A stretch of 64,000 nucleotides of DNA from Pocillopora damicornis (lineage: Eukaryota), in assembly GCF_003704095.1 (NCBI RefSeq), contig NW_020844647.1:186001-250000 (forward strand), read 5' to 3'. Made by a program: the position numbers and the translations under genes. The notes beneath the pieces are model-generated. The model saw nothing but the letters and a program-made list of their open reading frames with translations, was not told where the DNA came from and searched no databases. Below, one piece after another: positions 37,390 through 50,243 of the stretch. The stretch's first letter is position 1. Every line of letters starts with the position of its first letter.

Positions 37390-40202
37390 CTATCGCACCA
37401 TCACCCAGATTGGTTTGTTCAGATAACAGTAGCCCGCGATACACTTGGTACCGCGCGCGCGGCGGTCGTCGGAAGTGACGTAGTTGTCTGAGCCGTCGAC
37501 ACTAGTCCACATGTCAATCCACTTGTCGCTGTCCGTAAAATATTCTGAAATCCTGCCCGATCGAAAGTCTAGACGTAATCTGGCAAAACCCACAGCTGGA
37601 GTTTTCTTGTGGCGATCTGCAGGGCTGTACTTGAAGAACCCAAAGACGTTCCCTAGCTTCCCGCCGGATCTCCCCATTAATAAATTTTCGAACTCTGTTT
37701 TGTCCTTATTTGGAGCGCCTGCCTTCCTGTTGTAAATGACCCTGATGGTATTGACGTCATTAAACCGGAACATGACCTCCTTCCAGTCCCTCATATCAGG
37801 GTGGATGTGACTCGCTGCATCTGTGTCTGTGGATTTTGCTGCTGATGCTGAAAATGCTGTCTTTATAGAGATGAAGCTTGGGGAAACCTTGGTGGAAACT
37901 AGTGTCCAACCTCCATTCTCAGTCTCCATGTCGCAAAAAGCCTGGAACGAGTCACCTGTCGAGCCTCCGTTTGGATCGATCCAGTAAAGTCCGCTACCAC
38001 GCCTGTCACCTTAAACAGACCATTAAAATCATTTGAGATCGTCTCCTCATATTTTTTTTTTTAAGCTCAATCATTTTCCAAACCATTTAGAAATCATAAT
38101 CTCACCTGATTTTAGGATATCCATACAGTGACGACCAGGTCTACTGGCCACGTGACCTTTCCCTCCAGTCACCAATGGCAACCAAGCACTTCCATCGCAT
38201 AGTTGCAAGGCATTTTGTGAAGCATTGTAACGAACAGTGCCAGCAGTTCGCAGACTACATTTCTCAGCAGTGTCACCAAACTTGATGGCACCTTGAGGTG
38301 ATTTACCAGCCGGACCGGTTTCGCCTTTTTGACCCTGACAAAAAAAAATGAAAGTGTTTATTTCATGATGAAAAAGAACTTAGTACATCGTAGAGATCGA
38401 TTTAGAAGATATCTAAGCAATGGCCACAGAACTCTTTTGTTGGTTATGGTGCGACAGTGGGCATAGAATTTTACCTGCAACTGAGTAATGACAATGCTTT
38501 TAAATAGCCACGGTTTACCAACCCTTATATCGTTTTTTTCTTTTTCCGGTTTTCAGTTAAGGTTTTTTTTTCTGGAACGCCCAATAACTTCCCTCAATTA
38601 GGGGTCTACTTTTTTCGTTTTTTCTCCATATTTTTCCGCTGTTTTGTTGTTTGGCAAATGAGTTCAGTAAGGTTTTTCTGAAAAACTTTATAGACTCGAA
38701 GTGAGGTTTCTTAGGAAAATCATCGACTGACCTTTGTTCCATTTATTCCATCTTTCCCATGAAAGCCCTGCTCCCCTTTGACTCCCTAAGTATTGAAAAA
38801 GAATATTACATCACAATTAGAGTTGTCGCTGCTTCTGCGCGGAATAAGCTTTATTATTTTGCTTTTTTTGTGGTTTTGAAGTTAAGTTAGTAAGAAATTT
38901 AAACACCAACTTTTAAGCCGTTCATTCCGTCGTTTCCCATCGGTCCTCGTTCTCCTTTATCTCCCTGAAAAGAAGAAACTTTTCGTTAAAACTTGTGACT
39001 GAGATGATAGTTACTAATTTGATTTAAAAAAATTGTTAGCTTTGGTGATAAAAATTGAGTGAGTCGCGCACCTTGACAGCATTTTTTCCTCTACTTTCTT
39101 TACAAAGACCTTGTTCGCCTTTCTCACCATGAAATAAAACTTAAAAAAGTATCTTTTAAATACCCTACATATCCTAGGTGCCGCTTTACTGTCCGCTTTG
39201 ATCTGCGATATCATTAGTTCACTACTAAGCTCAAATAACGTCTATGTAACTTGTAAGGAGTCTGTCAGTCCCTACGTATAAAATTTAGCTCATCGGTAAA
39301 TTTGCCCAAAATATACATATGATTCAACTCGAACGCGGTTATTTACTTCAGAACAAACAAAATTCCTTTAGTTTGAAAGCGGTTTGTAATACATCTTTTC
39401 TTTCTTCTCTTCCGTTTTCGCTTGTGGCGTTTGTCCTTCATTGCTTTGATCATTTCCTCACACCAACCTTTGTTCCCACTTTCCCGTCGCGTCCATCTCG
39501 GCCATCTTTTCCTTCAATCAAAGACAAGAAAATATGTGCTGTGAGGGAATTTCATGAAGCATAAGATATTTTCGAGAGACATTTTAACATTTCAACTATC
39601 CTTTCGGAGAACTGTAGTCGTCTGCAAGCGCACTTTGTTCTTAAGTATACGTTGCTGGCAGAACGTTCTCACCCAGTTATGGCTGTTAAAGTGATTTATT
39701 GTTTATGACAAAAAAAACCTTTAAAGTGCGACTTAACTATCCAATATTTTTCTCGGTTATTCCATACCGTTTTGACCATCTCTGCCGTCTCTACCTGAAA
39801 AAAACAAGGGTGAAAAAGGGTCGTTAATGTTAAAGAAAAATATGAAATATCAAGAAATAGCAAATATGATGATACGTTCATACCGACGAGGCAGGAACAA
39901 CTGTCCTTCAAAACAGACTTTCCACACACTTAATTTGCTCTGTTCCATTCTTCGAACCCTAAGAAAAAAAAGGGAGATCTATCTCGAACAACGTGGTACG
40001 GCTCTAAACTGTGTAGCACACGAGTTTAAGTAATAAACTTGCCGGGTTCAGCATGAATATTTAAGAACATTTATTCATCCACAAAGAGACGATATGTCTT
40101 GGTATTTATTGACAAAAAATTCCCACTTACCGATTGGTTCTTTGAGACTACAAGGGTGCCCAGGATAAAAACGAAGCTTAGTGCAAGAAATAATCGGAAC
40201 AT
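37390..40202 (-). pseudogene. Collagen + fibrinogen-related (intelectin/ficolin-like) gene, copy A, frameshifted in exon 2
   Basis: Same eight-exon structure as copy C: signal exon 40202-40131 (MFRLFLALSFVFILGTLVVSKNQS), collagen mini-exons, neck exon 38334-38106, domain exon 38009-37390. Exon 2 has 2 extra nt (aagTGTGTGgaaag versus cagTGTGgaaag in copy E), giving an early TGA. The other exons are intact. Confidence 0.7.
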
Positions 40203-41009
40203 CTTGGCTTCCTCTCCTTTCCCTGAAAGTTTCTTTGGAATAAAAGCAGAGTTTCAAGACGTGAGCATTTTAATATATTTTGAATATTTGCATTTCATCA
40301 AAACGAGAAAAAACGGCATGAGAGCGGTTCAGACAATTTGTTATGATCATTTTTTGTTTGTTTGGATTTTTTGCTTTTTCGCCTTTCATACACCAAACCT
40401 TTCCTTTTGAATGGCGTATTTGACTGGCGATATCTCCCAAAGCCAATTTCGTTCCGTCAGTGTATTTCACAAAAACACACGATACACATTATTGTTTGTA
40501 TAAATATATGCAGAGCTCATATCCCCGGTGTCACTCAAAGATTACAATGATTTATGCTATATGGTAGTTTTTTATAAGGATAGCGTGACATACAGGTCAC
40601 GCTGGTTCATTTAGAATCGATCTGCCGGCATCAGTCTTTTACATTAATGAGTCTTCGTTGCGCGCGAGGGCTCTTAGAGCATAGAAACGCCTCGCACCAC
40701 TTTTTAAATAGCTGCTTACTGGTGACTTTCGTTCTTGAACTGTTATAATTGGCTCATCTATTCTAATTCAAGGATGGCGTCTTTAGATCACGGTTTATCG
40801 TGGAACCCCAACATTTCTGTGATTTCAAGTGAACATAATTCCCACTGAAAAAGGTCAATTTCCTTCTATCGCTGCTCTCTAGAGATTCTCCTCGCAACAG
40901 CATTTTTTAGCTTTAGAGCTATCTTTTTCCCCACAGAGTGGTATGTTGCTCGTTCGAGTATGTCTCTTGCATAAATCAGATTGCCGCATTGGTGTATTCT
41001 TGCACCAAT

Positions 41010-42108
41010 CAGATTGCCGTGGACGTTCTTGTTTTTATTGTAAGTTGCTCCCAATAAGAACTTGTCGAAGTCTGTTTTGGAGCGCTCGCCTTTCTGTTGT
41101 AAATAACCCGGATGGTACTGACGTCACTGAACCGGAACACTACCTCTTCCCAGTCCCCCATCCTCGGGTGGATGTGACTTGCTGCATCGGCGTCCGTAGT
41201 TTTTGCTGCTGATGCTGAGAACGTTGTTTTGATGAAGACGAAGCTTGAGAACACTTTAGTGGAAATTAGTGTCCAGCCTCCACCCTCGGTTTCCATGTCG
41301 CAAAAAGCCTGGAATGAGTCATCTGTCGAGCCTTCGTTTGGAATCGATCCAATAAAGTCCGTTACCACAACTGTGACCTGAAAGAATAAAAAGTGATTAA
41401 ACGAGAAATTGATTTCCCTCCGGAATAAATTATATGATGCAACTTGCCTGACTGGTTATTGTTCCAGTAATGAAGATTATATGACAAACGGCACTCGTAT
41501 ATGGGGCGTCTACATGCAATTACAGGCCAGATTGGAAGCTCTTTTTTTCAGCTGCCAGACTGCAAAGGTTTTCCAGCCCGTATCCCTCCCACGAACTGTG
41601 GCATGTGTGTGATAATTGGCAGATATCCAAATTAAATCATTACTATATGCTATTGCTTAATTGAAATGCAGACATGTTTTCATGTGAGTGAACCCTTCAG
41701 AAAGAAAGCCTAAATATATCCTTGTTACAAGTTGTTGTTGTAAGTTGTGTAGTTTCATTAGAATACATGCGAATTTACTCCCAGACTCGAGAAGGAATTT
41801 TAAAACAATTAGCCACACAACCCTTAATTCCACGGAGGACCTGCACATTTAACGAGCTCGTTTGCTGTTCGTTTTTCTTACCGTTTCGGCCATCTCTACC
41901 ACCCCTGCCTAAGTAATAGGAAGAAGAAATCAGTTTAATCAGTTAACAAAGTTATAGTTACAACATTGCATTTGAATAATGCCTGAAACACAACTGACAG
42001 ACAAGAAAGGAAAAATTGGTTTATTTTCATTCCTTACCATCCCGACAAATACAATCAGTTAAACACGGTACGTTTTGTGCACGCTCCTCTGCGCACGAGC
42101 TCATCAGC
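41010..42108 (-). pseudogene. Copy B: truncated and frameshifted fibrinogen-related domain exon plus divergent upstream mini-exons
   Basis: The domain exon starts at ~41377 with a +1 frameshift (gatcgattccaaac) and an internal deletion, and is cut at ~41015. Upstream remnants are a 27-nt collagen exon at ~41908-41882 (GRGGRDGRNG) and a cysteine exon at ~42108-42038 (..AQNVPCLTDCICRDG). Confidence 0.75.
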
Positions 42109-44060
42109 TAATTCCCTGTCACAGTGATAACTGATTCCTATCAAGAGCTCATGAAAGGGCGAAAACGATTACAAATGCGACATGGAGCGTTAGGACATAC
42201 AACAGTACGTAGATAATCGTGACTGTTGACAGATTTTGCACGTGAACACAGTATGACGGACGGTGGCATAATGTGGCCTCATGTATGTTAACGATTAAAC
42301 ACAGTTAGCAAAGTGTCATAAGTTTTGCCTTCTTTGGCTCTTTTACGCTCTGTGGATTTTCTACCAGCATTAAATGGTCTCCTTAGTGAATGTTAGGACA
42401 ACTATATGGGCGAAAAATCATGTCAGCTCGAGAACATTCAGCAGACGGAACACTAATCAGTGACTAATTTTACTGCCACACGCATCCGACATGTATTTCA
42501 TCAGTAAACTAGTCAGTGTTCGGTCCTCCTTGAGAAATCTCTCTCATGATGATCAGTAACTTAAGCTAAGCTGAGCTTTGAGTTCATGGTTTCCACACTT
42601 CCACCGGCGCAAATTTTTTCAAGGCATGCTCCAGTTTAAGTTAACACAACGGGTCTGGTGTACGTACTTCTGCATGAACGTGACAATAAAAGTAAAAATA
42701 CAAGGAAACTTGTGTGCCCAGTTTCTGGGTAGGAATTAACTGTGGGCATCACTTCTTACCGCGTGAAATCGATACAGCTTTTACTGATGAAAAGTGGAGG
42801 GCGAAATACTCCACACTATCCTAGTTTCTACTGTGTTATTAAACAGAACTCATACCTTAGAATTACGCCTTTCAGAGGGTGACATCGCTGAAATATTCAC
42901 AAGACAATTAAGCAAAAGAAGTGCAATCACTGAGGTGCTTAGAAATTGCATTGCTGTGGACTCGGTGCAAACTGAGGCTAAATGTATTCTTTTGGCGGTA
43001 AGTTTCCCTCCTTTTAGTGGGACGACTTCAATAGTGCCGTTTCGGAAACCTTCCTCTTGCACTAGGCACGATCAGACACGACAGGTCCAAATATGTGTTA
43101 TTATTGAAGTTAAAATTTGGCACTAAAATATGTGGGGAAAGACAGGTTGAAACAAGCGCGAAAAAAGAAAACGTGGCATAACTTGAAAATATTGAAAAAA
43201 AAGATTAAAATTGCACTCTTAGGTTACTTTAAAAGTGGCGAACTCAAGGGAGCTAAGTACTTTCACCTAAATGGTGAAACTTGAAAAAGGTCGGATTGCA
43301 AGTTTGTAACCTTTCATGTCAGGATAATAATCCCAAATCTACTCAGTCACTTAAGTTATTATTAAAAACGTTTGAAAATAAATGAATGAGATAGTGTAGA
43401 AACAAAGATGTGTGTAAACAGAAACAGACAAGTTTCTCTTAATAACTTTCCTCTCAATATAAATGGGAATGAACTTGACACTGTCTAACTCTGTCATATT
43501 TCCTCTAGAATTGCAAGTTTCAAAATCAAGATTAAGAATGTGTGTCTCGTTTATTTATGATAGGACACGGAATATTTCAAACAACCATAAGTTTCATGAC
43601 GCGATATCACTCGGTCGGGAAAAAGGTGGATCAAAACAGAAACAGAAGTATAACGAATAAGTATTTTCGCTCATTTACAAACAAGAAAAGGGCAACAACA
43701 TAAAATTGAGATTATCGAAGTGCTGTGCATTTCCACAACTTATCAAGCGGGTTAAAGATACCAAGAATCTTAAAATTAGAAGGCACTTTGAGAGAACAAA
43801 AGATATAAGTTAATAGAGAACACAACTAAAAAAACAACCCGTATATCTGCATCTTTAAAAATATTTATTTGAAGCAGTCACACCGAGATTATGGTAATCC
43901 TTTATAATGATCAACATTAGTATCAAGTCTTCTGATTAGCTCTTATTACTAAGACAACACAAGTTGGTTAGCTTTCGCAAAACAGCATTTTTTCTTAAAA
44001 TCCCAACACCTTACAGAAACTTAACAACGCCTTTTCTTTGTTTTCAACAACAGTTTGTTT

Positions 44061-46891
44061 CTATCGCACCATCACCCAGATTGGTTTGTTCAGATAACAG
44101 TAGCCTGCGATACACTTGGTACCACGCGCAAGGCGGTCGTCGGAAGTGACGTAGTTGTTTGAGCCATCAGCATTTTGCCACATGTCAATCCACTTGTCTG
44201 AGCCGACATGAGCTTCAGATATTCCGTGTTTTGAATAGAAGTGCAGCCTGGATATTGTGGCAAAACCAGAAGAGGGATTCCTCTTATTGTGATCTGCCGG
44301 GCTGTACTTGTAAAACCCGTGGATGTTCTTGATCGTATTGTAAGTTGTCCCCATTAAGAACTTGTCAAAGTCTGTTTTGTCCTTATTTGGAGCGCCCGCC
44401 TTCCTGTTGTAAATAACCCGGATGGTATTGACGTCATTGAACCGGAACATAACCTCCTCCCAGCCCCCCATGTTCGGGTGGATGTGACTCGCTGCATCGG
44501 CATCTGTGGTTTTTGCCGCTGACAATGAGAATGCTGTTTTGATGATTAGGAAGCTTGGGGACACCTTTGTGGCTACTAGTGTCCAACCTCCACCCTCAGT
44601 CTCCATGTCGCAAAAAGCCTGGAACGAGTCACCTGTCGAGCCTCCGTTTGGATCGATCCAGTACAGTCCGCTATCACGACGGCCACCTTAAACAGAGCAT
44701 TAAGATGATTTGGGATTTTTTTTAGCTCAAGCATTTTTCAAACCTTTAAAAAACAATAATCTCACCTGATTTTAGGATATCCATACAGTGAAGGCCAGGT
44801 CTATTGGCCACGTGACCTTTCCCTCCGATCACCAATGGCAACCAAGCACTTCCATCGCAGAGTTGCAAGGCTTTTTGGGAGACATTGTAACGAACCGTGC
44901 CAGCAGTTCGCAGAGTACATTTCTCAGCGGTGTCACCAAACTTGACGGCACCTTGAGGTAATTTACCCGCCGGACCGGTTTCGCCTTTTTGACCCTGAAA
45001 AAATAGAAATTAAAAGTGTTCATTTCATGATTAAAAATTAAAAACGAAGTACATCTTACAAATCGATGCGGAAGATATTTGAGCAATGGCCAGAGAACTC
45101 TGTGGTAGAGTTGCGACAGTAGGTACAGAATTTTACTTTCACCTAAGTCGGTGATAATGCTTTCAAATGGCCACGGTTTACCAGGTGAGGGTTTTTTTTC
45201 TGGTTTTGCTTAAACTTCCCTTAACAAGGGGACTGCTTTTTTTCCTTCTTTCTCCTTTTTTTTCTTTTACTGTTTTGTTGTTTGGCAGATAAGTTAAGTT
45301 AGATTTTCATAAAAAACCTTAAAAACTCGAAGTGAGGTTTTTTAGGAAAAATTATCGACCGACCTTTGTTCCATTTATTCCATCTTTCCCATGAAAGCCC
45401 TGCTCTCCTTTGACTCCCTAAGTATAATATTCAAAAAGAAATATTACATCACAATCATACTTGTTGTTGCTTCCATGAATAAGTTTTATTATTTGCCCTT
45501 TTTGTGGTTTTGAAGTTAAGTCGGTAAGAAATTTTAACACCAACTTTTAAGCCGTTCATTCCATCGTTTCCCGTCGGTCCTCGTTCTCCTTTATCTCCCT
45601 GAAAAGAAGAAACCTTTCGTTAAAGCTTGTGACTGAGATGATAATGACAAAAAGATTGCGAGCTTTGGGAATAAAAATCAAGTGAGGTCGCCTTTCTCAC
45701 CCTGAAATAAAATTTAAAAAAAGTATCTTTTAAATACAATAGGTGCTGCTTTAAGAAAGTTTGAAGTTTTAGACGCTTTCACTTACTGTCCTCTTTGATC
45801 TGAAGAAAATCATACGACATGAGGACAGAGAATCGTCAAAATATTCAGTGTATTTATTATACTCAGCGATCTTATTACTTCACTACTAAACTCAAATGAC
45901 GCCGGCCTATTTAACTTGTGAGGAGTCTGTCAGTCTCTACAAATAAAATTTAACTCATCGGTAAATTTGCCCAAAATATACATATGATTCAACTCCAACG
46001 CGGTTATTTACTTCAGAATTTTGTTAACAATATTTCCTTAGTTTGAGAGCGGTTTGCGATTTGAAAGAACATCCTCTACATCTTTTTTTTTCTTTTCTTC
46101 CGTTTTCGCTTGTGGCGTTTGTCCTTCAATACTTTGTTCATTTCTTCACACCAACCTTTGTTCCTATCTTCCCGTCGCGTCCATCGCGGCCATCTTTTCC
46201 TTCAATCAAAGACAAAAAAAATATTTGCTGTGAGGGAATTTCATGAAGCAAAAGATATTTTCGAGAGACATTTTAGTATTTCAAGTATCCTTTCGGAGAA
46301 ACGTAGTCGTCTACCAGCACACTTTGTTCTTAACTATACATTGCTGGCAGAACACATTCACCCAATTATAGGTGTTAAAGTGATTCAGTGTTTATCACAA
46401 AAAAAAACCTTTAACGTGCGACTTAACTATCCAAGACTTTTGTTGGTTATTCCATACCGTTTTGGCCATCTCTGCCGTCTCTGCCTGAAAAAACAAAGGT
46501 GATAAAAGGGTCGTTAATGTAAAAGAAAACATAAAATATCAAGAAATTGCAAATTCCATTTGGGAAAAATATCAAACGCAGCAAGTTGTGATACGTTCAT
46601 ACCGTCGCGGCAGGAACAACTGTCCTTCGAAACGGACTTTCCGCACTGACTTTGCTGTGTTCCATTCTTCGAACCCTGAAAAAAAAAAGGGAGATCTAGC
46701 TCGAACAACGTGGTACGACTCTAAACTGTGTAGCGTTCAGCATGAATATTTAAGAACGTTTATTCATCCACAAAGAGACGATATGTCTTGGTATTTACTG
46801 ACAAAAAATTCTCACTTACAAATTGGTTCTTTGAGACTGCAAAGGTACTCAGGATAAAAACGAAGCTTAGTGCAAATAATAATCGGAACAT
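44061..46891 (-). CDS. Secreted collagen + trimer-neck + fibrinogen-related/intelectin-like protein, copy C (intact, ~392 aa)
   Basis: Exons: 46891-46820 signal peptide MFRLLFALSFVFILSTFAVSKNQF; 46675-46603 (QCGKSVSKDSCSCRDG); Gly-X-Y exons of 27, 44, 54 and 54 nt (~46484-46458, ~46199-46156, ~45598-45545, ~45417-45364); 44994-44766 (GQKGETGPAG..KCTLRTAGTVRYNVSQKALQLCDGSAW..PGLHCMDILKS); 44686-44061 (DSGLYWIDPNGG..FQAFCDMETEGGGWTLV..KCIAGYCYLNKPIWVMVR). All phases are consistent. Confidence 0.88.
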
Positions 46892-47323
46892 CTTGGCTTC
46901 CTCCTCTTTTCCTGAAAGTTTCTTCGGAATAAAAACAGAGTTTCAAGACGTGACCATTTTAATGCAAAGTTAGTTGAATATTTGCATTTCATCAGAACGA
47001 GAAAAAAAGGCATGAGAGCGGTTCAGACAATTTGTTATGATCTTTTTTCTTTGTGTGGATTTTTTGCTTTTCGTCTTTCATACACCAAACCTTTCCTTTT
47101 GAATGGCGTATTTGACTGGCGATATTTCCCAAAGCCAATTTCGTTCCGTCAGTGTATTTCAAAAAAACACACGTTACACATTATCGTTATGTATAAATAT
47201 ATGCAGAGCTCATATCCCCGGTGTCACTGAAGGAATACAATGATTGATGCTATACGACAGTTTTTGATAAGGATAGCGTGACGTACAGGTCACGCCGGTT
47301 CATTTAGAATCGATCTACGGGCA

Positions 47324-47931
47324 TCAGATAACATTCGGATAACAGTAGCCTGCGATACACTTGGTACCACGCGCAAGGCGGTCGTCGGAAGTGACGAAGT
47401 TGTTTGAGCTTTGGGTACTATGCCACATGTTAATCCACTTGTCTGTGCCATCATCAACTTCAGATATTCCGTGTTTTGAATAGAAGTGCAGCTTGGATAT
47501 TGTGGCAAAACCAGAAGAGGGATTCCTGTTATTATTATCTGCCGGGCTGTACTTGTAAAACCCGTGGATGTTCTTGTTTTGATTGTAAGTTGTTCCCGTT
47601 AAGAACTTTTCGAAGTCTGTTTTGTCGTTACTTGGAGCGCTCGCCTTTCTGTTGTAAATAATCCGGATGGTACTGACGTCACTGAACCGGAACATGACCT
47701 CTTCCCAGTCCCCCATGTTCGGGTGGATGTGACTTGCTGCATCGGCGTCTGTAGTTTTTGCTGCTGACGATGAGAACGTTGTTGTGATGAAGACGAAGCT
47801 TGAGGACACTTTGGTGGAAATTAGTGTCCAGCCTCCACCCTCGGTTTCCATATCTCAAAAAGCCTGGAATGAGTCACCTGTCGAGCCTCCGTTTGGATCG
47901 ATCCAATAAAGTCCGTTACCACGACCGTGAC
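47324..47931 (-). pseudogene. Copy D: orphan fibrinogen-related domain exon with nonsense codon and 3' truncation
   Basis: The conserved Cys of FCDM is TGA (47857-47855). The C-terminus is replaced after YCY by a junction to the copy C upstream region. No neck or collagen exons are seen upstream before the gap at 48649. Confidence 0.8.
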
Positions 47932-49330
47932 CTGAAAGAATGAAAAGTGATTAAACGAGTAATCGATTTCCCTCCGGAAATAAATTAAACGATGCAACTT
48001 GCCTGACTGGTTATTGTTCCAGTACTGAAGATTAGATGACAAACAGCACTTGTATATGGGGCGTATACATGTAATTACAGGCCAGATTGGAAGCTCTTTT
48101 TTTCAGCTGCCAGACTGCCAAGGTTTTCCAGCCCGTATCCCTCCCACGAACTGTGGCATGTGTGTGATAACTGACAGATATCCAAATCAGATATAGTAAA
48201 TCATTACTTTATGCTATTGCTTAATTGAAGTGCAGAAATGTTTTCATGTGAGTGAATCCTTGAGAAAGAAAGCCTAAATAAATCTGCTAAACCTTACAGT
48301 TTAAATTAAACTCTTCTTGAGTCAAGGATTACGCCTCAAGTCTGCCCCGACCTTTGCTGGAAATGAATTAGGATTTCTAGATTTCACGTAAGTTGATTTT
48401 GTCGCTCACAAATAATCGGCCACGAGAGTTCCCAGAAACCTATTGGTTTCATCTTGTATTTCCAGAAAACAGAGCGTACATAGACGGTTTATTTATTTTA
48501 AGCGGGCAGGAAGCATAAATCAGTTTAAAACCTAGACTTAACTATTAATGTATCACAATGAAGGGAAAAATTCGTAGTTCTCTATTTTCTCTTTACAAGG
48601 ACGCTTTATCTCAAACTCACCTGACTTCAAAATATCTAGACAATGACGNNNNNNNNNNNNNNNNNNNNNNNNNNNNNNNNNNNNNNNNNNNNNNNNNNNN
48701 NNNNNNNNNNNNNNNNNNNNNNNNNNNNNNNNNNNNNNNNNNNNNNNNACGGGTTGTCTTTTTAATTGCGTTCTCTATTAGCTTATATCTTCTGTCTCTC
48801 GTAAAGTGCCTTCTGATTTTAACATTCTCGGTATCTTTAACCCTCTTGATAAGTTGTGGAAATGCACAGCACTTCGCTAACCTCAATTTTATGTTGTTGC
48901 CCTTTTCTTGTTTGTAATTGAGCGAAAATACTTATTCGTTATACTTCTGTTTCTGTTTTGTTCCACCTTTTTCCCGACCGAGTGATATCGCGTCATGAAA
49001 CTTAGAAAGCCAGTTGCTAAGTTTTAGTCTTTAACGTTTGTTTATTTAAAGTCTGAAAATAGCCAAAGATATTTTATTGGCAACTCATTCATAGTATGAA
49101 ATGATTGGCATGAGGGACAATTCCCTAAAACACTGATTGGTGCAGGAATACAGCAATGCTGTGATCTGATTAGTGCGAGAGACACACTCTAAAGAACAAT
49201 CTGATTGGTGCGAGAGACATACTTTAGTAAGCAATCTGATTCGCGCGAGCAATATACCACTCTGTGGGAAAAAAATCTTAAAGAAGATGGCAGCTGGGAA
49301 GAAGTCTCTGAATCCAGTTGATCATATGAA

Positions 49331-49480
49331 TGCAACCCAAACCAATTAAAGGCCAAAGGCGACGGAAGAGAAAATCTGGGTTGAGTTAGCAAAATGGCGG
49401 CTGAGTGCAACCCAAACCAATTAAAGGCCAAAAGCGACGGAAGAGAAAATCTGGGTTGAGTTAACAAAATGGCGGCTGAG
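49331..49480. repeat. 75-bp direct tandem duplication
   Basis: Two near-identical copies start at 49331 and 49406, each ending in aaaatggcggctgag. Confidence 0.9.
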
Positions 49481-50243
49481 GCGATGTATAATTGAAACCG
49501 ACTTCAAGTAAATCTCTAAAGCTAAATAATACTACTGCGAGGAGAATCTCTAAAGAGCAGTGATAGAAGAAAAATGACACTTTTCAGCGGGAATTATGTT
49601 CACGTGACAAGTCACAGCAATGTTAATGTTCCACGATAAACCGTGATCTAAGACCCCCATCCTCGAATTAGAAAAGATAAGGCAATTATAAGAGTTCGAG
49701 AACGAAAGGCACCAGTACGCTGCCATTTAAAAAGTGTTGCGAGGCGTTTCTATGTTACTGCACTAAGAGCCCTTGCGCGCAACGGTGACTCGTCAATTCT
49801 AGAGGGACTGATGCCGGCAAATCGATTCTAAATGAACTAGCGTGACCTGTACGTCACGCTATCCTTATCAAAAACTGTCGTATAGCACAAATCCTTCCTT
49901 CAGTGACACCAGGGGCATGAGCTCTTCATACATTTATACAAACAGTAATGTACATCGTGAGTTTTTGTGGAAATATACTGACAAAACCAAATTGGCTTTG
50001 AGAGATATCGCCGATAAAATGCGCCGTTCAAAATAAGAGGTTGGTGTATGACAAGCGGAAAAGCAGACCACGAAAACAAACAAACAAGAAACGATCATAA
50101 CAAATTGTCTGAACCGCTCTCATGCCGTTTTTTCTCGTTCTGATGAAATGCAAATATTCAACTAACTTTGCATTAAAATGCTCGTGTCTTGAAACTCTGT
50201 TTTTATTCAAAAGAAACTTTCAGGAAAAGAAGAGGAAGCCAAG

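Noticed and set aside
39545-39554. NF-kB-like site GGGAATTTCA in a lectin-gene intron
   Set aside because: Imperfect single match, expected by chance, and not preserved in copy E.
47855-47857. TGA at a conserved Cys position in copy D, suggesting selenocysteine
   Set aside because: The exon is also 3'-truncated and lacks upstream exons, no SECIS was evident, and the protein is a secreted disulfide type; a simple nonsense mutation is more likely.
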